13,709 nt of DNA. Origin: Amoeboradix gromovi X-113 (taxonomy: Eukaryota; Fungi; Sanchytriomycota). The notes under the pieces were generated by a model. It saw nothing but the letters and a program-made list of their open reading frames with translations. It made no database searches and was not told the DNA's origin. The stretch covers positions 1 through 13,709 of the forward strand of contig JADGIF010000229.1 in the NCBI GenBank assembly GCA_018985225.1, in the 5' to 3' direction. Positions 1-8,116 of the stretch are shown in pieces. Each line of letters opens with the position of its first letter. The first letter of the stretch is position 1. The position numbers were made by a program, and so were the translations under genes.

Positions 1-400
1 CCACTCGTCTCTTAAATCCATAAAATTAATAAAGCTGAAATAATGTTCCAAGTTGCTACAGAAAGTTAGTCCAGTTTTTATATTTGATGTCCCATATGTT
101 AAAAAGCGACTAACCGAATCCCCAAGTAATTAATGTATTGAGTCCAGTATCCCATAACGACAGTCCAAGTAGTAAGAAGGAATGATAAAGATATCTCACC
201 TGGTTGATAGGACAAGACTTCAGTGATTGGCGTTCTCGTTTGAATTGGAAGTCCAGATATCGCTAATTTCTCATTGAAAAACGATTTTAATGCCTCTTCA
301 AAGTTTCCATATATACGTTATTTCTAGGCAACGAGGTTTAGTTATCATATTTAACTAATATCTTTCTTCTTACTTTACACTAATTCTCCGCCTGAATCCC

Positions 401-2023
401 ATGATACAAGTTTTACCAAGCTTATCCAGTGACGAGCAAAAGGTTATTTCACCTGAGTGTCTAGCGTTTGTAGAACAGCTACATAAAACATTTAATTCTA
501 CTCGTAAAGAGCTATTGCTGAAGAGATCTATTCGTTTTCAAAAACAAGATTTTCCGATGTTTTTACCAGAAACCAAAAACATTAGGGAAGCTGAATGGTC
601 TGCAGCTCCTCCTGCACCTGGTATGATCGATCGCCGGGTCGAAATTACTGGCCCGGTCGATCGCAAGATGGTTATTAACGCTCTCAATTGTGGTGCCACT
701 CAATTCATGGCTGATTTTGAAGACGCTACCTCTCCTTTCTTCTCATCTATTGTACAAGGCCATGTTAATTTAACTGACGCGGTTCATCAAACTATTCAGT
801 ACACCAATGAGAATGGGAAAAAGTATTTTTTAAATGATAAAACTGCTACGCTATTAGTTCGTCCTCGTGGTTGGCATATGGAAGAAAAACATGTACTAAT
901 TGATGGCGAACCGTGTTCTGCTTCTCTGTTCGACTTTGGTGTTTATTTCTTTAACAATGCCAAGAAATCTATTTCGAACGGCAAGGGTCCATATTTTTAT
1001 CTACCAAAGCTAGAGCACTATTTGGAAGCTAGATTATGGAATGATGTTTTTAACTTATCCCAAGATATTCTGTTAATCAACCGTGGAACTATTAGAGCAA
1101 CAGTTTTGATCGAAACCATTTTAGCTGCTTATCAAATGGACGAGATCATTTATGAGCTAAAAAGTCACTCAAGCGGACTGAACTGTGGTAGATGGGATTA
1201 CATATTCAGTGTTATAAAGTACTTTAGAAATAAGAAGGAATTTATTCTTCCTGATCGTAAGGATGTCACAATGAGCGTTCCATTTATGGAATCCTACGTT
1301 AAATTGTTGATTAAAACTTGTCATAAGCGAGGCGTACATGCCATGGGTGGAATGGCCGCTCAAATTCCTGTTAAAGATGATGTCAAGGCAAATGAAGCCG
1401 CGTTGGTGAAAGTTAAAAATGACAAGATTAGAGAAGTTTTGGCTGGTCACGATGGTTCCTGGGTTGCTCATCCAGCACTTGTTAATGTATGTAAGCAGGT
1501 GTTTGATGAGTATATGCCTCAGCCTAATCAATTGCATAAGAGGTTCGATTATTCCATATCTGAGTCAGATCTTATCAATATGAATGTCAATGGATATGTT
1601 ACAATAGAGGGAGTCACAGAGAATATATTTGTCGCATTATCATATCTTAGCGGATGGTTAAGTGGAAAGGGGGCTGTGCCAATAAACAACTTGATGGAAG
1701 ATGCCGCTACAGTTGAGATCAGTAGATCGCAGTTGTGGGCATGGATTAGACATGGTGTCATGATGCGTGATGGGAGAGTAGTGACTAAGAGATTGGTGGA
1801 CGAGCTAATTGAAGTGGAGTTCAATAAAATGACGCCAAGCAAAGAATTAACAAAGGCCAAGTATTTGCTAATTGCCATGACAACCGGTAAGGAGGATGTC
1901 GTTGAAGTAGATAAATGCGAGAGAATTAGAGAGATGATTGGGTTTCCATTGTTTGTGACAGATGTTTGTGGGTGGGAAATATTGGACAATACAGTGGTAA
2001 TGAGATTTTTAACAAAGTTGTGA
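401..2023 (+). CDS. MLS1: Malate synthase A (glyoxylate cycle), probably peroxisomal
   Basis: 540-aa intronless ORF with malate synthase A motifs DRRVEITGPVDRKM, FMADFED, LLVRPRGWH (catalytic Arg), GPYFYLPKLE, VLIET, GLNCGRWDYIFS, HAMGGMAAQIP, GHDGSWVAHP and LMEDAAT (catalytic Asp). Ends in -TKL, a PTS1-like tripeptide. Confidence 0.97.
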   Translation: MIQVLPSLSSDEQKVISPECLAFVEQLHKTFNSTRKELLLKRSIRFQKQDFPMFLPETKNIREAEWSAAPPAPGMIDRRVEITGPVDRKMVINALNCGATQFMADFEDATSPFFSSIVQGHVNLTDAVHQTIQYTNENGKKYFLNDKTATLLVRPRGWHMEEKHVLIDGEPCSASLFDFGVYFFNNAKKSISNGKGPYFYLPKLEHYLEARLWNDVFNLSQDILLINRGTIRATVLIETILAAYQMDEIIYELKSHSSGLNCGRWDYIFSVIKYFRNKKEFILPDRKDVTMSVPFMESYVKLLIKTCHKRGVHAMGGMAAQIPVKDDVKANEAALVKVKNDKIREVLAGHDGSWVAHPALVNVCKQVFDEYMPQPNQLHKRFDYSISESDLINMNVNGYVTIEGVTENIFVALSYLSGWLSGKGAVPINNLMEDAATVEISRSQLWAWIRHGVMMRDGRVVTKRLVDELIEVEFNKMTPSKELTKAKYLLIAMTTGKEDVVEVDKCERIREMIGFPLFVTDVCGWEILDNTVVMRFLTKL

Positions 2024-2255
2024 TTCAATAAATAACATGCGTCATATTTTGTCTCTCTATAGACCGGGGTTTGGAATAGTGATACTAAAATACAATGTGA
2101 ATAATATATGCAGCCTCGTACGATACTTTATAGTATCTACTATAGCATAGCATGGAAAGTTAATTTACCTCAAATTTATAGAAAAGTCGTAAACAGACCC
2201 AAACTCTGTGTATAGCAAAACTTAAAAGATTTATCAATATTATTTATTTATAAAA

Positions 2256-3791
2256 TTATTTGATATATCCCTCTTTTTGATCCTGTAATCGTATATCTTC
2301 CACTTTTGGCAATCCCCCTAAACCTTCCAACGTATCTCCAGGCACTCTCTCTCTGTACTGTGGAACCTTGGAATCATTTTTTCTTTTTTCTTCGGTACTA
2401 ATATCTTGATCCTGCCTCTTGTTGACAGAATTGTCTTCCATAAAATGCTCACTACCAGGACCAATGTTTACTGACTCATGCCTTTGCGTGTCTTGCTGGC
2501 TACCTCTTAAACTGTCCATATCTTTTGTTGCTGCATCACTAGAGTTGTCTAATTGTTCCTGCTTGTTGTGCTCAAGCTCATCTACTACTTTATCCATCTG
2601 ATGTTTCTCTTCAGTTTCTGGAGGTAGGTCAGTAATCGGATATTCCAAATGAACTGGTTCCTCTTCTATCTCGTGTACGACCTTGTCCATCATATGCTTT
2701 TCGTCTGTTTCTTCAGGAAGACCTTGCACATGTGCAACTGAGTGATCGTTGGCCTCGAAATCTTTCTCTAATTCGCGTATATTGCTCATTCCTTTTGGTT
2801 GAAACTCGCCTGATTCGTTGCCACTAGAGTTTGTTGACTTCTTGGGTAACTTGTTACTAGTAGTCTTGTCTTCTGGTATGTCCAACTCGTAACTAATTCC
2901 TTGAGATGCTGATTTCTCATCTCTGATATTCAACGGAATGTCTGGTGAGTCTGGTGACTTTGGAAGATCAGATGTTGCAGGCTGATCCTTTTGCATTATT
3001 TCAGATTGCTGGATTAGCGGCTGATGGTCTGTATGTTCAAAATGAGGTACACTTGAATACTTTGGATGTTCCTGAATTTTGGCAGATAGGTCATTTTCTT
3101 CTGGTGTGGCCTTTTTAGAACTGATTTTGTTTGTGTTGAAAGATTGTGTATTGGATGGTTCATCTTTGAATCCCAAAGGTTCCGACACATTTTTGGATTC
3201 ATCTAGTTTGGATAGTTCGGGACTTACTCCTTTGGTGGATTGATCCTTACTGTCGTTGCTAGTTAGCTTCTCGATAGAATGAGATTTTGTAGCCCCTATA
3301 TGGCTTTCGTTGTTAAGGCTAGGTTTGTGCTGCTGTGATACAGGAGGACTGTCCTTTTGAGCTTGCTCTTGGATATTCTGGTGAATTGTTGATGGAGTTG
3401 GGAGGCTACTTTGAAAAGAGGGCTGTTGAGACACGTTGTTGGACTCTTGTGGAACTGTATTCTGAGTACCTTCGTCAGTATTTTTGATGGACCCAATGTT
3501 TGCGGTGCCAACATTTTTGCCTTGGCCTAGTTCCTTTTTAGAAGCACCAAAGTTTTTTGGCTCACTGATTGTGGGGCTAGAATCTTCTCTCTCCCTTAAC
3601 TTTGATATTAAATCGTCGTGACTTTTGTGCTTGCTGTCTTTGGATTCATAGACGCCAGAATGAGGATGAGTATCTTGGTCGCCACCTGTTGCACTGGCTG
3701 ATTGTGGTTGTTTATCATGTTTGAACTTGTGTTTAACGTTATGTACTATTTTTTCTAGCTTAGATTCTTTGTGCTCTTGAGTATGCTGCAT
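2256..3791 (-). CDS. Intrinsically disordered hydrophilic protein (hydrophilin-like), function unknown
   Basis: 511-aa ORF rich in S/E/K/D/Q/H, with no Cys or Trp and no hydrophobic segment. TATAAATA lies just upstream of the ATG and AATAAA 7 nt after the stop. Confidence 0.85.
   Translation of the reverse strand: MQHTQEHKESKLEKIVHNVKHKFKHDKQPQSASATGGDQDTHPHSGVYESKDSKHKSHDDLISKLREREDSSPTISEPKNFGASKKELGQGKNVGTANIGSIKNTDEGTQNTVPQESNNVSQQPSFQSSLPTPSTIHQNIQEQAQKDSPPVSQQHKPSLNNESHIGATKSHSIEKLTSNDSKDQSTKGVSPELSKLDESKNVSEPLGFKDEPSNTQSFNTNKISSKKATPEENDLSAKIQEHPKYSSVPHFEHTDHQPLIQQSEIMQKDQPATSDLPKSPDSPDIPLNIRDEKSASQGISYELDIPEDKTTSNKLPKKSTNSSGNESGEFQPKGMSNIRELEKDFEANDHSVAHVQGLPEETDEKHMMDKVVHEIEEEPVHLEYPITDLPPETEEKHQMDKVVDELEHNKQEQLDNSSDAATKDMDSLRGSQQDTQRHESVNIGPGSEHFMEDNSVNKRQDQDISTEEKRKNDSKVPQYRERVPGDTLEGLGGLPKVEDIRLQDQKEGYIK
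2568..2720 (-). repeat. Internal protein repeat (31-aa period) in the 511-aa protein
   Basis: LPEETDEKHMMDKVVHEIEE starts at 2720 and LPPETEEKHQMDKVVDELEH starts at 2627, 93 nt apart. Confidence 0.85.
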
Positions 3792-3811
3792 AGGTTATGA
3801 GACTATAATTA

Positions 3812-3819
3812 TATTTATA
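3812..3819 (-). promoter_or_regulatory. TATA-like box upstream of the 511-aa gene
   Basis: Minus strand TATAAATA about 20-28 nt upstream of the ATG at 3791. The AT-rich background makes this weak evidence. Confidence 0.35.
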
Positions 3820-3923
3820 GGAGGCTCTAAATTTTAGTGAGGGATGGGTGATAAATGTGGCGATGCATATTAAATAGGGCAACTAAAGCATGCGTGGAAT
3901 GTATCTGAGAATATATTTATTTA

Positions 3924-4580
3924 TTAATGTTTGGATTGCGTGCCCATTCGACTCTTCCCTTTAGTATCTGTTTTACTTGATTCTTGAGTAGCAGTTTTTT
4001 TCATGTTAGAGGTTTTGTCCTTTATCTCATTAGCGTTCTCAGACATTTTGTTGACAGTTTCTTTAGCCTTTTTGGTGGCATTTCGCTTCAATTCATCAGC
4101 TTTTTCCCCGAATTGACCCATTTTATCACCTGTTTTTTCCATCTTAAAGTTAGCGTCGTCCTTCATGTCCTTGCCAATATTCTGAACGCTCTGGCCCATC
4201 TCGCCTAACTTGTCTTTAGCTCCTTTAAATGCCTCACTTCCTTGTTCCTTAACATTTGTCCAAGTACCAAAAGCAGTGTCAGCAACATTCTCGGCCACTT
4301 TCTTAATCTTTTCACCTACATTGGATGATATTCCTTGATTCTCGCCAGAAGCTTGATATCTTTTGTTCATTTCATCCTTTTCATCAACATATTTATCTTT
4401 TAATGTATTTTTAACTCGGCCATACGCGTCTGACACACGCTCTTCAACATTACTCTGACCGCCATAACCTCTGTTTGAATCTGGCGGGCCTTGACTGTGC
4501 TGTTGTTGCTGTTTTTGCAACAAGTAACTAGGTCGGTAAAATGTGGATAAGCTTCGTAGTGTTACCAGTCTTTTGATCAT
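3924..4580 (-). CDS. LEA-like (group 3 type, 11-mer repeat) protein with mitochondrial presequence
   Basis: 218 aa. N-terminus MIKRLVTLRSLSTFYRPSYLL is Arg/Ser/Leu-rich with no acidic residues. The C-terminal half is K/E/D/A/G/M-rich with about 11-residue periodicity (QNIGKDMKDDA, GQFGEKADELK, RNATKKAKETV, NKMSENANEIK). Confidence 0.8.
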   Translation of the reverse strand: MIKRLVTLRSLSTFYRPSYLLQKQQQQHSQGPPDSNRGYGGQSNVEERVSDAYGRVKNTLKDKYVDEKDEMNKRYQASGENQGISSNVGEKIKKVAENVADTAFGTWTNVKEQGSEAFKGAKDKLGEMGQSVQNIGKDMKDDANFKMEKTGDKMGQFGEKADELKRNATKKAKETVNKMSENANEIKDKTSNMKKTATQESSKTDTKGKSRMGTQSKH

Positions 4581-5706
4581 TGGATCAAACCGGGTAATCT
4601 ATTCTTTTATTCATTATTTTAGAGACTCTAAATGCAATCTTGGGAATCATGTTGATAAGCTTTAGTTTGAGTAGCTTGCGCTGTCCATGTTGCGAGTAAG
4701 TGTCAAAAAATATAAGAACGCAATAGCAAGTGCAGAGGATCTACATGCTAAAAGTCTTCTGAGAAATCAGGAATTTGCATTGGAAAAAAGACAGAGCCGG
4801 TCGCTTCGTTACAATGGCTGCTTACGATTCCGTTGCTCTGGGCTGGGACTTAATAATATGCTTACATTTCAAGTGTTTGTTCCTCGCTGACATATGACCT
4901 TTCTCTAATTGCAAATGACACTGTATATGCGAGTCCCAAAATTCGATTCGTTAAGATTTGACTAGTAAATGGCTGATCAAGCAGTACATCTTCTTTTATT
5001 TCAACGATAATTTCATTTTATAACATAGCACAATGAAGAAAAGTTCATTATACATTACTTGGCGATATCCTTAGATTTAGCAAATTCTGGCTGCGATAAT
5101 TTAAAGCTAGTCGTCACTGATAAAAAGAAGAATGTCGCGTTCTACTGAAATTTAGAGAGTCTAAAAGAGAGTTTTGCCTGCAATAGAACTCATGCTACTA
5201 TTGCAAATGATCTATCCAATTAAAACCGATGACTGCTATATGACTGACGACGCCCAACGGTCAACGAAGAGGAGTTGGCAACAGCGAGTCATCGCTTAAG
5301 CATTTGGTTATAAGAAACTGGATTTGTCTGCCCGGCAGGTATTACCATCTTGAGACTATTCCTAAACTTAGTGTAGTTTGTCTTGTGTTAAGAAGATATG
5401 AAATTTTTGAAGCCGCTTGCTAGCTATCAAGTAGCTTCGCAAACATTGACTATGGTACCATAGCGCTTAATTGTAAAGATAAGCTCATATTTTTTAGCAC
5501 TATGTGCAAGCAAGTTATGTTCCACGGGATTGATCGCAAGTATGCTAGCTGGAACGCTAATTACCCATTTGCAAGTTCTTAACAACATTCAAGATCACAA
5601 GCTTGAGACTAAGTCCTAAATTATGATATCAGCAGAGTAAGGAAGAAAAGCCTCAACGGGTGTGATAGAAATTATATAATTTAGAGTCCTTTAACGTTGG
5701 GGTATT

Positions 5707-7923
5707 TTGTTACTTAAAAGAATGATAACATCCAGATTTTTGAAAGATATCAACAAATGGACTAAATTAGCACAGAAAGAAATCAAAACAACTAAGGATC
5801 CAATGCAAGAACTGCTATTTCAAACTGCCGAGGATATAAAGCTAAAACCGGTATATTTGGAGTCTGATGTCAAAGAACCACCCGCATTACCAGGGTTATT
5901 CCCTTATACTAGGGGTGTTCGCGCTACCATGTATACTCATAGACCATGGACTATTCGTCAATACGCTGGGTTCAGTACTGTGGAAGAAAGTAATAAATTT
6001 TATAAAGCGAACTTAAAAGCTGGTCAGCAGGGTCTATCGGTAGCTTTTGATTTGGCTACTCATCGTGGTTATGATTCTGATCATCCTCGTGTCCAAGGTG
6101 ATGTTGGTATGGCAGGTGTTGCTATTGATAGTGTTGAAGACATGAAACTATTATTTAAAGACATCCCATTAAACAAGATAAGCACATCTATGACAATGAA
6201 TGGTGCTGTTTTGCCAATTCTAGCATTTTATATTGTTACTGGTTTAGAACAAGGCTGTAAATTAGAAGAACTAGCCGGCACCATACAAAATGATATTTTA
6301 AAGGAATTTATGGTCAGAAATACATTTATTTACCCTCCAAAACCATCGATGCGTATAATCGCTGATATATTCGAATACCAATCCAAAGCTTTAAACAAAT
6401 TTAATTCTATAAGCATCAGTGGATACCATATTCAAGAAGCAGGAGCCGACAATGCACTAGAACTAGCATTTACTATTGCCGATGGATTGGAATATGTGCA
6501 GACTGGTCTCAATGCTGGATTGAAGGTTGATGATTTTGCGCCTCGTTTATCTTTCTTCTTTGGTATTGGAATGAACTTTTACATGGAAATTGCAAAGCTA
6601 AGAGCAGCTAGATATCTTTGGGCTACACAACTTAAATCCAGATTTAATCCTATGAACGAGAAATCGCTTTTACTCCGCACACATTGCCAAACCAGCGGTT
6701 GGTCTTTAACAGAACAAGATCCGTATAACAACATAATTCGCACAACTATAGAAGCTATGGCAGCCACTCTAGGTGGTACTCAATCTTTGCATACTAACAG
6801 TTTTGACGAGGCCATTGGATTGCCAACTGAACAGAGTAGCAGGATAGCCAGAAACACTCAGTTAATATTGCAAACAGAAGCTATGATTCCCACTGTTGCT
6901 GACCCATTTGGGGGCAGTTATATGATGGAATCATTAACTAAATCGTTGATTGATAAGGCGACTTCCATTTTGAAAGAAATTGAAGAATTGGGAGGTATGG
7001 CTAACGCGGTTGATAGTGGTATGCCTAAGTTAAAAATAGAAGAAGCGGCTGCAAAGAGGCAAGCTAGAATTGACTCTGGAAAAGAAATAATTGTAGGAGT
7101 CAACAAGTATCAGTCCAAGGATAAAGATACAATTGAAGTACTGCAAATAGACAATAAACAGGTCAGAGAGTCTCAGATTAAAAGGATTAAAGAGACAAAG
7201 GCAGGTCGAGACGAGAAACTGGCACAATTAGCGCTGAGTAAACTAACAGAGTTGGCGCAGATGACCGTAACCAAGACTGGTGATAAAAACTGCAGTGATG
7301 ACTGGAAATCATCAAATCTTCTTGCGCTCTCAATTGAAGCAGCGAAGCAAAGATGTACTTTGGGCGAAATATCGATGGCACTAGAAGTAGTTTGGGGTAG
7401 ACATAATCCACAAAGTAGAGTTATTAGTGGTGCATATAGCAGTGAATACGGTGATGTGCCTGAGATTCAAGCTGCAATTAAAAAGTCTTCTGATTTTGAG
7501 TCCAACTTTGGTAGACGACCTCGAGTTTTAGTGGCAAAGATGGGCCAAGATGGGCATGATAGGGGTGCCAAGGTTATAGCTACAGGTTTCGCCGACTTAG
7601 GATTTGATGTGGACATTGGGCCACTCTTTGCCACACCTGAGGAGGTAGCAAAACAAGCAATTGATAGTGATGTTCATGTTATCGGATGCTCCAGTCAAGC
7701 AGCAGGACATAAGACACTAATTCCTCAGCTGATCAGAGAGCTAGAAAGATTGGGAAACAGCGATATCTTAGTAGTTGCTGGCGGAGTTATACCTCACCAA
7801 GATTATCAGTTTTTGTATGATGTAGGAGTATGCGCAATATTTGGGCCAGGAACAAAAATACCTTTAGCAGCAATGGAGGTAATAGACAAGATTACTGAGA
7901 AAATTAATGGAAAAAATAAATAG
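5707..7923 (+). CDS. MUT: Adenosylcobalamin-dependent methylmalonyl-CoA mutase, probably mitochondrial (first in-frame ATG is 5722; 5707 is TTG)
   Basis: Motifs [12 protein letters not shown] (Tyr that specifies methylmalonyl-CoA), [60 protein letters not shown], and a C-terminal B12-binding domain [22 protein letters not shown] (DxHxxG) with VVAGGVIP and IFGPGT. Confidence 0.98.
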   Translation: MLLKRMITSRFLKDINKWTKLAQKEIKTTKDPMQELLFQTAEDIKLKPVYLESDVKEPPALPGLFPYTRGVRATMYTHRPWTIRQYAGFSTVEESNKFYKANLKAGQQGLSVAFDLATHRGYDSDHPRVQGDVGMAGVAIDSVEDMKLLFKDIPLNKISTSMTMNGAVLPILAFYIVTGLEQGCKLEELAGTIQNDILKEFMVRNTFIYPPKPSMRIIADIFEYQSKALNKFNSISISGYHIQEAGADNALELAFTIADGLEYVQTGLNAGLKVDDFAPRLSFFFGIGMNFYMEIAKLRAARYLWATQLKSRFNPMNEKSLLLRTHCQTSGWSLTEQDPYNNIIRTTIEAMAATLGGTQSLHTNSFDEAIGLPTEQSSRIARNTQLILQTEAMIPTVADPFGGSYMMESLTKSLIDKATSILKEIEELGGMANAVDSGMPKLKIEEAAAKRQARIDSGKEIIVGVNKYQSKDKDTIEVLQIDNKQVRESQIKRIKETKAGRDEKLAQLALSKLTELAQMTVTKTGDKNCSDDWKSSNLLALSIEAAKQRCTLGEISMALEVVWGRHNPQSRVISGAYSSEYGDVPEIQAAIKKSSDFESNFGRRPRVLVAKMGQDGHDRGAKVIATGFADLGFDVDIGPLFATPEEVAKQAIDSDVHVIGCSSQAAGHKTLIPQLIRELERLGNSDILVVAGGVIPHQDYQFLYDVGVCAIFGPGTKIPLAAMEVIDKITEKINGKNK

Positions 7924-8116
7924 ATTTCATAACATTTAATAACCGTAAAATAAGTTTGGTCTTTGATAGATATGGATATGCATATCGCCTGCTAGTAGCA
8001 ATTGAAAAAATTATCAGAAGACTCATGAGCAGAAGCCTTGTTCATCTACGATGCAGAAATGTAGAATTGTTAGATTTAATAACTCAGAGTAACAGCTACT
8101 GATTAAAACATTGAAT

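Noticed and set aside
1169-2028. Minus-strand ORFs 1169-1537 and 1549-2028
   Set aside because: Antisense shadows of malate synthase with no recognisable motifs.
2419-4208. Short ORFs 2419-2601, 3014-3202, 3296-3514 and 3984-4208
   Set aside because: Nested in or antisense to longer, better-supported CDSs.
4687-4890. 67-aa + ORF containing a GTAAGT donor-like site, plus nearby open minus-strand stretches
   Set aside because: No recognisable domain, and no splice model gives a convincing protein.
5221-5700. Cobalamin riboswitch, hammerhead ribozyme or canonical SECIS upstream of MUT
   Set aside because: No B12-box or other cobalamin riboswitch consensus. CTGACGA is not followed by stem II plus GAAA, and the SECIS 3' GA is out of register.
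6579-7411. Four short minus-strand ORFs within MUT
   Set aside because: Antisense shadows of a highly conserved gene.
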